Positions 1 through 14,285 are shown, counted from the first letter of the stretch. The stretch: DNA of 64,000 bases from Girardia tigrina (GCA_001938485.1 MQRK01187445.1:86164-150163); one strand, 5' to 3'. Translations and numbers: made by a program. The notes: generated by a model not told the origin, from the sequence alone.

Positions 1-1308
1 TTTTTCTATTAATAATATTATTTAACTATTTTTAGTTATCATTTAGGAATTCAAATCTTTCGATTGATTTCGAATAACAGAAATGATAATAAAACCAAAA
101 TAACAAAGTTTTATTTTAAAATAATTTTTAAACCTAATTTTAATACTTCTACATTTAATTATCACTTGATTTTCACAATATTTGTTCAATTTATTAATTT
201 TTTCCGTACATCCGTAAAGTAAATGTTTTAAAATATTGTATTGTCATCGGAAGCAAGCCTGTATAAAAAAATTCAGCTCAATTGGATGACTGAAAGTGGT
301 CGAAAAATCAATCGCAAGATTTGTTCCAGACAGACAGACAGACAAGAAACCAAGCTAAGAAAAACGTGGTAATAAAAATGTGTGTGAGTTTGTTTATTTG
401 TTTGTCGGTCACGCTATGAAATGTGAAATTGCGGAGCAACCACAGTGAATCCATTTAAGATCGTGGTCAATCTGGATAACAAGCATCAATACAATTCTAT
501 CGGTATAGCGCCTTCGCCGAAAGACGCCCGGAAGCCGACGAAATTGTTCGAAAACCGTACAAGTCGTTAAATGGTTAAATTAACACCGATTTCGAATAAT
601 GACGATTTTGACGATTCCTACACGGATTTTCGTGAAAATTTTTATGAATTTATCAATAAAATATTAATTTATTTGATAAATGGCGATTTCTATCACATTT
701 ACTCATTATATGGCTGAAAATCAATTTAGGTTAAATTTGCGAAATTTCGTTATGATCTGATTCACGGTTTGTCGGTCAAGCTCAAATTTTACTATGATCA
801 TATATACCGTGATAGAAGACGAAATAGTGGAGGAACAGTTAGGGAATCCACGTAAAGTTGAGATAACTCTTGTTTCATTACACAGAAAATGCCGTAATTG
901 GTAAACGCATATGTTTTTTGAATAAATTTGCAAATACAAAATAGCCTTTATTTTCATTACTAATAATAATTGTAGTAGCGATTGTAGAAATGACAATCAA
1001 TCTGTACATGACCATCAAAGAAAAACTCGTTTTATTTACATCTATCCAAAAATAAATTTTGTGTTGAATTTTTTGAGAAAAGAAACCTATTTTCATTGAT
1101 ATAGAACGTTCTTCAAATATGTTTTCTTTTTATATAACTTATATATCTAATCTATATATTTATATACACTAAATAGTGTATTATTAGTGATCTTTTGATA
1201 TCATTACACATTATTTATGATTTTGTTTTTATTTATAAGTAGCTGTAGGACCATAATTCGCGCAAAATAAAATTTTAATACATTAAATTTGAAAAAATTA
1301 AAATGAAC

Positions 1309-1917
1309 CTTTGTCGACTTGTATCGAAAAATGACCGATGTCAATGGAATCACAAGGGTCCCTTTACCCGTCTCCCATCAATCCGCATATCATTTGAATC
1401 ACCAAGAGGTGGCGATTCCAACGGTTTATTATTGGGGGATTGATTCGGAGAGGATTGGGATGATTCTTCCAAGTTTCCCCACAAACTACCCGTTTTCGAG
1501 AACAAAGTCTTCGATTCATGGCAAATTTTCCTCAGAGGATGGAAATTGCTGGGGCTCTTGGTGTAGAATAGCAATGAACTCATTTTAATCTGAAAACCTA
1601 CATGAAATTCATAACCGAGTGGGAAATCTCCGGCGGAATCGAAAATAAGCGAATATCGGGATTTGTCCTTAAACATAGTGTCATACTATGAAAAAATCGC
1701 CATCTCTTTGCGAGTAAAATGATATCCAAATTGATGGTTAACGGGCAAAGGGGAAGGAGGTGATTCCATTGACAACGGTCCTTTTCCCATATAACTCAAC
1801 AACGGTCCATCAAAGCGAGTACATTCCAGTACGGGTATAACTGACTCGCAATGTCGATTTTTTCGGTAAGAAATTTGCGTCCATGTGTCATTGCTATGAG
1901 AATCCATATCCAAAAAA
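1309..1917 (-). pseudogene. Exon-like disrupted coding fragment, product unknown
   Basis: ORFs 1686-1913 and 1350-1676 are in one frame, separated by a single TAG. GC is raised relative to the flanks. Bounded on the minus strand by ttttag| and AAG|gttcat; 609 nt. Confidence 0.35.
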
Positions 1918-3869
1918 CTAAAACACTGATTTCAGATTCATAAATCTATGTAAAAACATAATCTTCAATTTTACTGAAAGTATTTTTATGATTTTGTAAT
2001 AATAATAATTATTTAAAAAGTCGATTTGCAACAAAATGAATTACCCCTTGATTATCCACATTTGTTTTTTTTGCATATTCCCATTAGTGAAAGAAAATTA
2101 TTATAAATGAAAATTTTTGAAATGTTCAATTGTCTTGTGAAGTCCATGTAACTTTATAATATCCATATAACTTTTATAATTTTTCTTTTAGTTAGTTTTA
2201 CAGGAATTAACCTTAAAATAATTATTAACCAAACTAAATAAAATTTATTTCTTATATTAATATTAAAAATGTCGTTCATCATTTTTAGCGGGAATAAAAT
2301 AAACTTTAAAATACAAACTTTTCCAATATTTTTCAAAAAGCAAATTTTATTTATTTAATGGTAATTAAAGTAGACAAATCTTTTAAACATTTTTCTGCTT
2401 CATAAATTACAGTTTCTTGACGCCTTTGCATTAGGTAGTCTAAAATTGAGAATATCACTTTGTCCACCACTCTATTTCAAAGTAGGTTAACATAAACTGG
2501 ACAATGAATAATACTTTTGTGTATCTAATCACCGATGGGATTTGACATTTGTTGATATTTTCGTTTACAAATTTCTCTGATACAAACTAAAAATGGAAAT
2601 TGAATTTTTCAATTTTCATTAAATAAAATTTAGAAAAAATAAATTTAACATTGCAATAATTTGTTACTAAATCAGTTCAATTTCTTTTTTAATTATCAAC
2701 AAAAAACGATTTAAATTATCATTCAATTTGTAAAACTTGTGAAAATTTGGTAAACGTAAATTTTCTTTTATAATAAGTCTAAGTTATAATTTATGTCAGA
2801 ATTTTTAATTTGTAACAAAATTTGTAATATTTCATGTCAAAATATGTAACTAAGTATAATAAGTATGTCAAAGATGTGAACCAAATAGCTTCAAGAACTA
2901 TCAAGCAGTACCTTTCCATTTGGAATTCGCTAATGTAAATTACACATATAACAATATAAATGTTAATTTATTTTCAAGTTTCTTTTGAATGACATCTTAA
3001 ATTAAACTATTTATATTACTTAAATATAAGCATAAACATCATTGGAAAGATTTAAAATTCAATAAAGTACTTAATTATGACGCATCATAAAACCAAAAGA
3101 ATAATTAATTTAAAATAAATATATGAAAATTTGATAAAACCATTTATAAAAAAAATGTTCGTAGGACATTTTTTATCTACATTACTTATTACCAGTAATA
3201 TGTATTCCCCTAAAAACAACTAGGTTACCAAATCGTATAAAAGTAAACATTTTATATAATTATTTTATTGGATAAGAATCAAGCTAGATCAAAATATGTC
3301 GTACGATAATTTTTAAAACTTGCTTTATCATATATACACTTTCCAATCTCATTTTGGGTGAAAGAACTGTATATTACTTACAGAATCTTCAGTAATTTTA
3401 TACTTCCATCGACTTATCTTTAATAATATTCATGAAGATCTCAATGTTTTTTAAGCTTGTATAACTAAAGTAGTTGATATCAAGAAATATAACATTTTAT
3501 AATGAGATATACAGGAATTGTATAAATTAAAATAGTTATTTCAAATTAGGAAAATACTAAAATCTATTCATATTTTCATTTTCATAAATCTTCATTTTAA
3601 AACAAGGATTAATTGATATTCACAATCGATCAAATTGAGTAAGGTTCTCAATTTCAAAAATTTTTTTTTAAAGATAGTGTTAGGATTTTGTGCTCACAAA
3701 AATTTAAGAACGTTATAAATTTAAAATTGTGTAACTAAATTGTAAAATTTAAAAAATTGTTGAAACTCTAAAATTGAGAAATTTTAAATTTGAAAATTAA
3801 GAGGTTGTATTAAATATTAAAATTGTTACTGCATAAGCAGCGTTTGGCGCACAGGGTATTTAACTATTA

Positions 3870-3980
3870 CAGTAAAACCTCACTATAAGGAGTTATTTGG
3901 GACCGAGAAAACTAAAAAATTTTGTTCCTTATAGAGAATTACATCTTATAAAGAGGGAACTTTATAGCGAGGTTGTACTG
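3870..3980. mobile_element. pogo/Tigger-type MITE
   Basis: Terminal inverted repeats cagtaaaacctcactataa / ttatagcgaggttgtactg (17/19 match); TA on the left flank. Confidence 0.7.
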
Positions 3981-4108
3981 CAGCTCTGTTTCGGGTAAAA
4001 CATTAAAATCAGATACAAAGTTAGTTATGGTCGTTACGTACAGCCACAAATGCAGGTTGGTTATCTTTCAAATGAAATGGTGCAAAATTTCTATTGAACC
4101 TTGGAAAG

Positions 4109-5530
4109 TAGGGATGTACCGGTTTTCGGCTCCGGCTCCGGAAATCCGGCTATCCGACCATTTTTTCAACTCCGGTACCGGCTTCGGCTCCGGCAAAATT
4201 CTACCGGTTTTGATGCCGGGTTTTTGCTCAATGTTTACAAGAATTATAAACTCATAAATAATGCGCTTATAAAAACAAGTGATGTTAAAATAAGATCGCA
4301 AAATTGATGCGTTTACATATGCAGTTTCACAGATTTTCTTATGGAAGTGAGAAATACTTGGATGTTTGACTCCGAATTTTGCATGAAGTCACGGGGGGTA
4401 CTTTGATTAAATTATTAGTTTGGACCGTTTATATACGGATCAGATATCGAGCGGAAAAATCGCTCTTCGCCGAGTACCATCTCGATCGAACATACCTAAA
4501 TAGGTAGCCTCAATAGATAAGTTGGTTGGTAAGTGATTGCGAAGTAGTTCGACAGTAGAATCCAAATCATTGATTGACACGAGCGTCAGAGCGACGATGG
4601 CGACTAGACAGCGACGACTGAAAGTCACATACTGCGAATTAAATCTGTATGATTTGCTTGTTAATAGATTTTTTTACCTTAAAAATTTATAAATTATCGG
4701 TTATCGTTGAATTCACTAGTAGTTTAGGAGTTGTCTTTGAATCTTGAGTCACTGAATCGCATTTTGGGTTCTTTATAGAGTTCACCACCGTTCTCCATTG
4801 CAATTATTATTCATCCCAGTTTCAAGCTCTTCTGTTTCACCACAGACGATACAAAGACTAGTGCTAAGGCAAGTTTATTCCTTACATGTGAGCAACACTC
4901 ACAAGCATTGGAACTACAATCAAAAAATAGTTTCAAAGAATCAGCAAACAAAAAACAGCACATCTATTATCCCAGTCCACGGACCTCTTTGTATGAAATC
5001 TACTCCCTCATTTCAACTGATAACGCAGAGTCAGGCATCAATTAGAGACAGCTATCGACTTATTTAGCTGAGAGCTTCCTTCCCCACATTTCCTCTCGTG
5101 GCAATCAAACAACACAGGCTGTCTAAAATGACATCTATGACGTGTTTACCTTGCTCCACCTCCTACAAGTGTCCCATCAGAAAGAGTCTTCAGTACAGCT
5201 GGTATAACACTGATCACCGATCTCGATTTCTTCTAGAAAATGCAGAAAAACTCATCTTTTTAAAATTTAATTTTCATTTGCCTGATTGATGAACTGTTGA
5301 AATATACCTTAGAAAGGGGCTACTTCTTTCGTATCGATTTATTTAGATGCAGTTCATTTTCTTACAATCATTATATTTCGTATATCATATAACATTTAAT
5401 TATCGTTTGGCTTAAATGTTCATTTTTTTTAATTTTTGCAAAACCGGCACCGGCTCCAACTCCGGCCGGATTTTCTGACTCCGGCTCCGGCACCGACCGG
5501 ATTTCAAAAAAGGAAACCGGCACATACCTA
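4109..5530. mobile_element. Non-autonomous hAT element
   Basis: TIRs TAGGGATGTACCGGTTT / (rc) TAGGTATGTGCCGGTTT. Subterminal ccggct repeats at both ends. 8-bp TSD ttggaaag / gtggaaag (7/8). Confidence 0.85.
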
Positions 5531-8500
5531 GTGGAAAGCAATATATAAGCTGGTTTCTTGTGCGAGGAACTCTCAGTTTTTGTATTTTTCGTTTATTCCA
5601 CATCTCTATCTGGAATAGTGGGATATTTCGCGCTTCTCTTCTATTTCTTCTACCTTAGCAGTTATCTTCAAAATAAAGCTAATGTAATGAGCATCTTTAC
5701 TGATATGCCTATATTTTCATTCTGCACACATGATATTTTTAATCCTTCATCCAGAATTTTTCTAAAAGCGGTTGTTTTAACTGAAAGTGTTTCTGAAATT
5801 TTATCTGTTATGTTAATTTTAGAAGCTAATTCAAAATCTTTTTGAATAATTCTGCAAAAAAGTTTTGGCTTAAAAAATTTGATTTGACTTTTTATTTCAT
5901 GATATCTTTATTTTTTTTTCTTATTTGAAAGTACTACAAATACACCGAGTAATAAAGTGTTTCTTTAAAGCATATAATAAATATAATAAAAATGTTGTTT
6001 CGTTTTTAGTAAGTTTCAAATTTAAAAGAATCATGAATTCTCTGAGGCTATTAAAAGCTAAAGAATAATTGCAATGGGCTCTTTTCTTCCACTTAATAAT
6101 TTGATGAAGATTTGCTACAGAACTTAAAGCTAATAAAATTTCCACATTAACTCAGTGGCGGAGTTTCCACACAGTGTATCCTTTACAATTATTCGAGTTG
6201 TATTTTACGTTGTAATAGCAGCAATATTAATAAGCTTTGTTTTTTTTACGAATTCATATTTTTTCATAAGCACCTTAAAAAATATTTACAAATAGTAAGG
6301 ATTCAGAATAAAATATTATTTTTTTAAAATTGTAATTATATAAATAAAAATTGAAATAATATTGATGGAAAAAATAACTAATAAAGCTGCTATTTTGAAG
6401 TTGTTATTTTGACTGTCGCCTTTTTGGAATGTCTTGCTATTTTAACAGTCGCCATTTGGACTATATTCCGTATTTTTACCCATTTAAAGACGGGTATATA
6501 TTATTTAGTATCTTTAATATATATCAAACGATGAATATTTTTCGATGATTTATACATCAATCTCTAAATAATTTTATTTTGGTGTACAACATGACTACTT
6601 TTCTGATAAAAATTTCCTTCCAAAGTTAAAAAGTTTCATTGAAACTTATCGAACAAAAAACATTAATGGAATATGCAGCGGAAATAAAACAATGTAATAA
6701 AATGCTGAACATTTAAGTGTAAAGATTGTAACATAGGAATCAGGGATCACTTTCGTTAATCAGTCGGGCATACTTCTACGTATTATCTCTGGGAAACTAG
6801 ATAGGCTTAGATTTCGTCTCAAGGCTAAAGTACCCGAAAGCTTGCCTTTGATGGTCTATCGTCCAGTATAGCAATAGTAAGATGACTTACGATCCCATAT
6901 CTTAAGGCAATGCTACTTCAGAGATGAATTATGAAACGCCAAAGCGGAGTCTGTAATCTACTGGGTGCTTCTGGCACCCGAATCCTATTCCAACTAACTC
7001 CAGAAAGAATCTAAGATTCATTAGTTCTTGAGATATCTATAACAAAACCTCATGATGAAATAAGATCTAATTTAGGAATATATTTAGTTCAATTATTTGA
7101 AGTTTTTCATGCAAAAACAAAATTTTAAATACGTATTTAAATAAAGTTTTTTCAGAAAACCGTCGTTCTTAAAAGGTTAAAATGTCTTATCTAACATTTC
7201 TTTAACATTTTTTCAATACTTTCAACGTTTTATGTTTTCCTTTTAAACTATTTTATTTATTCTTATGCTAATTTACACATATTTCATATAAATTTAATTT
7301 TTAATTTTTTACTAAAATTTTTCGAATGACATTCCAAAGTTCACTTGTATTTCAATTTATTTTATTTAAATTTTATTTTTTCTTTGTCACTGACATTTTC
7401 CCAATGATTTTTTTTACTGTGATTCCTTTAATATCTTGCAGCAGTTGCATAAAAATTTTCTTGGAAAGATGCTTAATTTAAGTACGACAAACAGTCAAAT
7501 ATATCTGTTTCTAAAATTAATCTTTCTTAAGTGGTTTGTCCTGTTCAGTATAGAAGATTTATTTTTTGAGTTTAAAAGTGGTAATGTTTTTTTCATAAAT
7601 ATCTTAATTACGTATTTTAATTGAAAAGAAACAAATATCATCAACCTAATAAGAACATCGCGTAACAACCTAACTTATTTTTTTTAAAAAGACAGAAAAC
7701 AATTTTGTTTCCAAATTCAGAGCTGCGATGTGTAGTTTTCCGACTGACTTGTTTGTCGAAAATCATTTTAAGATTGTCTATTTAGTTTTTATCATTAATT
7801 GCTTTTTGTTGCTTGATATGTAGGATTAAATGAATATTTTATTTGATACCCGGTATCACTAATTATCTATAAAGAATATCACTGATATGACACTTATAAA
7901 ATGAATTCTTTTCCAACTTTTATAGTATTTTTAAAACAATAAAAACAATATGGATTTTATTATTTTAAATTTGGACTAATTTATTTAAATATTATTAAAA
8001 TAATACTTTTATTAGTTTAGAAATTCATTTCAAATCTAAATAAACTAATTACTTTTTTCTTCAAAGTTTTTATTTTTTATTGCTTTATACAGCTTTTTGT
8101 TTCTGTTAAGAATTAGATTTATCAAATATGGATATATTTATGAGAATATAATATATAACTTATACTATAACTTTTTTATATTTAAATTGAATATAAATGA
8201 TAATAAAAAAACTGGAAAAGATTTGTTTACAAGTTTTTAATTTTTCATATCACTTTTAAATAGTAATTTTAGATGGAATTATCTAAATAAATATATAAAT
8301 AACATTATAATATAATAATTTAGATTGTTCGTTATATAAAACTATTGCATAATTTGAATATCCTAGATTGATTTCAAGTATTTTATATATTCAAGTTAAT
8401 GAAATGTTTAGTTATAAGAAAGTTGTGTTTAGTTATTCATTTATCTATAAACTTTAATGATTTAGCTTATTGATACCAGCTCTATTTATTTTCTTAAAGA

Positions 8501-8563
8501 ATTTTACAGTTAAGAGTTAATCATCATAGCAGTCATGAGTTATGAATAATAATACGAATGTCA

Positions 8564-8604
<41 letters not shown>

Positions 8605-9689
8605 CTAAAAAATATACACAAATTAAATTTTTTTCTACACTCATTTAATGTTTTTCAGAATTTTGGTTTGTTATAACTTGAATTTTTGGTTAACTTTATA
8701 TACGGTACAATTCCAGGTAGCCGCCGCCCCTGGGAGTTTGTTGCTACCGAATATTTTTAGTTTCTGGTGACTTGATAGTTATTTTGGATATAGGCTTTTA
8801 AGTATCAAGTTGTCGTATACTCTTATTAATAAAAAGCAGACGACGCGTTTGTCAAATTACATATATACGGAGCTGCCCCTAAAACAAAGAATTTATTCAA
8901 TTTGATTATATAATAGGTTTTAGGTTTTATGTATTTAGTTATTCTATAAACTAAATTTATTTAAGACTAGAAAGAACTCAATCAATTCTTCTAAAAAGTG
9001 ATAAACAGTTATTAATCGTTAAAAATCCAGGGTTATTTTTATCGTTTATTAGGAACAATTTATTAATTTTACTTAATTATATTAATTAATTTTTTGGTAC
9101 TAGAAATTTTTTGTTTTTATTGATTTTTTATTTTATATAAACAGTTAATTCTTTGTTTTAAATGATTCTCTGGACACATGTCGATGTCGCAGATTTACTG
9201 TACCTCACCTTTGACTAGTTTTATTACGCTCCTCCTATATTATGATCAAAATGTAGACACCATTAGAGTGGATTTCAATTTTACAAAAAAAATTAACCAT
9301 TTTTTACATTTCGGTATCAAAAAAACAAATTTCTTAATGATAATGAATCCATTTTCATTTTATTGAATTTTTTTTTGATCCTTAAAATTTGATTTGTACG
9401 ACGTATTACAGTCTAGATATCACAGGTTTCACCATTTAAAATTTATTAATTATTTCCTTTTAAAATAAAGTTGTCAAATGTGATTCAGGTCGCAAGGTGT
9501 ACCCATTTGCGGTACCATCTTTTCTTTATAATTTTCCAAAATACCATAGCTCTTAAGCTTTAAATTAGATAGATTCAGTCCAAAAATATGAACTTTAAAT
9601 AATTTTTCAATTTGAAAATTAAAAATCGACTTCAAATTTTATTATCAATGGATAATTGTAAACTTGGTGTCAGAAGTGACAAGTTGCTC

Positions 9690-11480
9690 GAATGGAACCA
9701 TGTCTTGACAAAACTGCCGCAATATTTCGAAGACGCTGAAATGTAATTCCGATAGATCAAAGCCGTATTCCGACAGTCACGAATCACCAATGACGTCAGC
9801 AAATTCCTCCACGTCACGGTCAGTCTTCCTCATACACTCACAGAATTTCAAAACGTCGTAGGCTATACCCTATGTATTCCGATGTATCGTAGATGTATTC
9901 CGATCTCCGACAGACAATGATCAAAACTCAATAAATTCCAACGTCTTCGCATTTTGACCGTATGTTCAATTCCACACATCATGGAGATCGTCGTCCAACA
10001 GAACATTTACGTATCCTTCGGAGTCACATCTTGAAAAAGAATTTTTTGAAGATGAACAACGAAAAATGCGTCCTGCGTTTAACTGAGGTACAGATTTTGG
10101 GATTTCGTATATCAAATACGGGTGTGGAACATAATCAAAAGAGAATTGATGAAGTTGCCAGCATAAGAGAACCCAATAACACGAAAACACTAGGGCGATT
10201 TATCAGAGCGGTAGCAAACTTTTCACAAACAGTTGCTCCGTTACATGATCTCCTGACCGCAGCTAAAGTTAACAAAAAAATCCAATTCAATGAGACCCAA
10301 AAATAAGCATTTGTTTCAATCAAACAGAAGCTGAAAGACATCACCAAGATGCATTTATTCAACCCTTATTTTATGCTAAAGAGCTTATTTTATGCACGGA
10401 TTCTTCCGAAACAGCAGTTTGAGACAGCCTGAACCACTAAATCAACCAATAATTAGCTCTGATTGCATTTTTTCTAGAAAATTAGGACAGGCTGAGAAGA
10501 AATACTCGACATTCGATCACTAGTTACTCGCAATTTATCTAGTCGCTAGAAAATTCAAACACTATTTCGAAGGGTCGTGTCTCCATATGCAAACAGACCA
10601 GAAGCCATTACTAGGAATTCAAACAATGGAAGAACATATCAACCGACAATGGTAGTACATCGAGTTTTTGAACCAATTTTCTTTCAGTCTGGAGTACGTT
10701 AAAGGAGCTGAAAATGTAGTAGCAGACTTCAAGGGCTGACGATAATATTACGGAAGAGACATCAGTGATGACGATAAACGAAGCTGATAGTATCAATCAA
10801 TAGAAAAAAGAGAAATAAGAAATACTAAAGAACATCAGCTTCTAAACAGAAATGATAAGAGGCATTCTTTTCGATTGCAGTAGTCCCAGCCAGCGAATCA
10901 TACTGGCAACATTTCGTTATCCAGAGTTCCAAAGGCTGCATGGTTTTGCGTACCTAGATGCTAATAAAACCATAGGTCTTATTCGTTTCCGTTATTCATG
11001 ACCAAAAATTAAGGCCGAAATACGGAAATAGATGCCAGAATGTCATTCATCCCAAGCAAATAAAGTCTCGAGATATACTAAATCCAAAATTAGCTCACTT
11101 CCGGATATGGACTAGTTCAAAATCCTGCACATAGATGTTGTTGGTCCACTACCATTTTCAGACGGTAAGAAATTCATGATAACCATTATAGACAGGCAAA
11201 TTTCATGGTCAGAAGTCTTATTCGTTTATGATATAACGGCATCAATCATCAAAGCCCTTATGAACACATGGATCAGTTGTTTTGATCCCCCAGGGATTAT
11301 CATAATTGACAAAGGGAGGCAGTTCATATTAACTCAATTCAACGATTTGTGCAAAAAATTGAGCATAGAGCACCGGCAGACTGCTGCATACCACCAGGAA
11401 TGTGACGGGAAAATCGAAAGATTCCATCGCTCGTTAAAGAATGCTTTCAGGACACATTCCGACAAATGCAGAACAAACAT
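9690..11480 (+). mobile_element. Decayed Ty3/Gypsy pol (RT end, RNase H, integrase)
   Basis: EKC..RLTEVQILGF (RT end); AFFSRKL..AEKKYSTFD..LLAIY and TDQKPL (RNase H); HIDVVGPLP, DKGRQF and TAAYHQECDGKIERFHRSLK (integrase); many stops and frameshifts. Confidence 0.88.
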
Positions 11481-11508
11481 GAGCTTTTTTAATTTAAATT
11501 TTAAATCG

Positions 11509-12767
11509 AAAGTAATGGGAGGAAATTATTTTGTATGTATATTCGACAAAATAAAAGAAAATGCGAAGTTAATGGTGAACCATTAACTTCGCATTTTCTT
11601 TTATTTTGTATCTGCCAACATACAGAGTGTTCTGAATGGGATCACGTTTGCAGTGCATTGTTCAAACCACTCTTTTGACCATGTCCTGTGGTATTTATTT
11701 TATGCTGCACTCGATCTTGTCTCAGAGATCAGCAATGTTAGCAGGTCTTGTGTGGTACACATGCTCCTTCAGGTAGTCACAGAGGAAGTAATCACACACA
11801 GTTGAGTCAGGCGAATGAGGGGGGCGTTCAATTGGATCACCTCTATCGATCCACCACTGAGGAAACTTTTGGTCGAGCCAGCTGCGTAGTGAACCTGCGT
11901 AATGGGCAGGAACCCCATCATGCTGGAAGGTAATCCTCTTGTATCTCGCATAAGGCCACACAGTTGTTTGCAGCAGGTGTATATAGGCTTCATCATTGAC
12001 TGAACCATCAAAGAAGTAGGGTCCCAAGACACCCTCCGAATTTTCTCTAAACCATACCATGATTTCCTGGAGAGAATTTAGAATCTGCTCTTGAGCGTGC
12101 TGATTCTTTGGATCCCACTGAACATTATTAGGTCGTGACACTGCTCCGCATAGGTGAAACAAAGATTTATCTGTCCACATTATATGGTCAATTAATGGAG
12201 GGTTGGCGTCGAATCTTTCCACAATCGTTTTAGAAAACCTCTTTTCGTCTATCAAAGTCGCAATCGCTGAGCATTGCCACGGTTTGCGGACGGTAGGGCT
12301 TAATATCAAGTTTCACAATCAGGTGATGGTAACTCGTTGCGTGGCAGGTCAAGAGCGGCTACCCCACGAGACACCGACGTTGAAGGATTTGGGGTGACCA
12401 ACTTTTGAACTTGTTCGAGCCGTTCAGGCGTTGTAGATGTAGCTGGTCACCCTGACCTGGGGAGATCTTCAACGCTTCCAGTCTGCTGAAATCGCTCAAA
12501 CACTGCCTTGATCGTTGTAAGCTTAGGAGATCAGGTAGCGCAATAAAAATACCACTGTCTTCGTACCTCTTCATAATTCTGGATTTTTGCGTATATGAGT
12601 AACATTTTAATTCTTTTCTCAAGAGGGCGTAGTGTAGATATTTCATTCATCTGTAAATAAATGAGAATAGTCAGCGTTAAAACGTAAATATGAATTTCCG
12701 CGAAATAAAATGCCTTTCTAGGCATAGATTAAAACAAACATCCTCCCATTACTTTTGGAACACCCTA
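11509..12767 (-). mobile_element. Tc1/mariner-superfamily element, DD41D (rosa/Visitor-like), disrupted transposase
   Basis: IMWTD, GPYFF, FQHDG..AH...PPHSPDSTVCD with 41 residues between the 2nd and 3rd Asp. N-terminal HTH (ERFQQTGSVEDLPRSG). TIR tcctcccattacttttggaacaccct(a) at 12741-12767; partial inverted copy aaagtaatgggagga at 11509-11523. Confidence 0.85.
11546..11609. repeat. Perfect palindrome, 31-bp arms with 2-nt spacer
   Basis: acaaaataaaagaaaatgcgaagttaatggt-ga-accattaacttcgcattttcttttattttgt. Confidence 0.95.
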
Positions 12768-13799
12768 TATATATAAATATATTCTTGCTAAGATTTTTTT
12801 CAACATTCTTTTACATAATAATTCAAGAAAGGTTTTATATGTTATAGATTGACTATAGTTCTTGTCACTTTAAAAGGTACTCTACATAGCGGCTCTCACC
12901 ATTTAGGAGAAGCAAATGAGTTTATTTATTTAAGAAACAAAGTAACTTTATATTATAATAACTTGTGTTTTATTTATTTGCTATTTACTCGAATAAACGA
13001 AAATCGACTTCTATTTATTAAGAGAATTTAATAATTTATCTCGGTGTTTTGTAAAGCAATTTATCTAGAAAGTGTTGATAAAATTTTATGAATTCAATAA
13101 ATAAAATTAAACAACTTTAAAATAAATAATACTGAATGATTAAACATTTCATCTTTAAAAGTAAAAAAACAGCAGAACATTATTTTTTACGCAAATAATT
13201 TTTGCAGTTATATATGAACAATCATATTTATTAGTTGTGGAAACATGCACCGATTTTTATTTATCAATCATTTCCTACAAATTTCAATTGATCCTAAAAT
13301 TAGGATTTTTTACCAAAATAAATGTGCAAATGAATATACATTATGTTAATTTTCTTTCAATAATGATGGGAAACTTGTCGAAATTAGTAACAAAATACAA
13401 TTTTCAACATACATACTATATAATTGAATGTGAAGCTGAAAAGTATTAAGATTACAATTTAAAATTATTGTTTAAACTAATTTTTTAATTAAATTATAAT
13501 TCACTTTCGTAATTTTTTTGTGAATAAATAAATAATTAATTGCTTATGTGGATCAATATAAATCAAAGTACGTACAACCATTTTTTAATACTTGATTTAT
13601 CAAAATATCGACGAATATCAAAATAAATATATCTAGCGTCCAAATAACAGTTAGTAGTACCTTCAATTATGGGTAGTGAATTGTTATAATGTTTTTCTGC
13701 AAGTTGTTTCTTAATGGTGACTGTACATTAATACAGTAACGGGCATCTTACCACACTTTTTAAATGGTCATTGTAATGCTATTCATCGCACAGAACCCT

Positions 13800-13870
13800 T
13801 ATTTCACCTTGATCAGACAAAAGTCCAGGTTTAAACCTTATTGAAACACTCTGGGCCATTTTAAAAAAGT
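13800..13870 (+). mobile_element. Tc1 transposase C-terminal fragment
   Basis: Translates SPGLNLIETLWAILKK, matching the SPDLNPIE.LW..LK motif. Confidence 0.6.
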
Positions 13871-14285
13871 GGTTGTGCACCAACAAACAATATTAACGAT
13901 TTCAACAATTCAATATTCCGAATAAATATCCTACCATCTCCCAATTTAATTTTGAAACTTCGATCGTGTCACTTGTTCAAAATTTTTGTGGCTCCGAAAT
14001 ATCGATCTGCTCCTTTTGTTTGGTTTTCATTTTAATTAAAATTAAAATATTTAACTAAAAAGTTATGTAGAAACTGCGTCCGCATCTGGATATGCTAAAA
14101 CTGGTGTACTCATACGTTTTGAGTTTAGTTCATTAAATGTCTCATTGCATTCGACAACAAATTTTTTGCAGTGTTTTTTAATAAATGCTCTGTAAAACAA
14201 ATAGTGTTTGTTCAGTAACAATAGTTTTTGCTCAGTATTTTAAATTTTATTTTAGTAAAAATTAAAAAAAATATTCAGTATTTAA

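Noticed and set aside
260-560. (GACA)n- and (GTTT)n-containing segments resembling Helitron/Helentron-derived repeats
   Set aside because: Diagnostic termini could not be established from a single copy.
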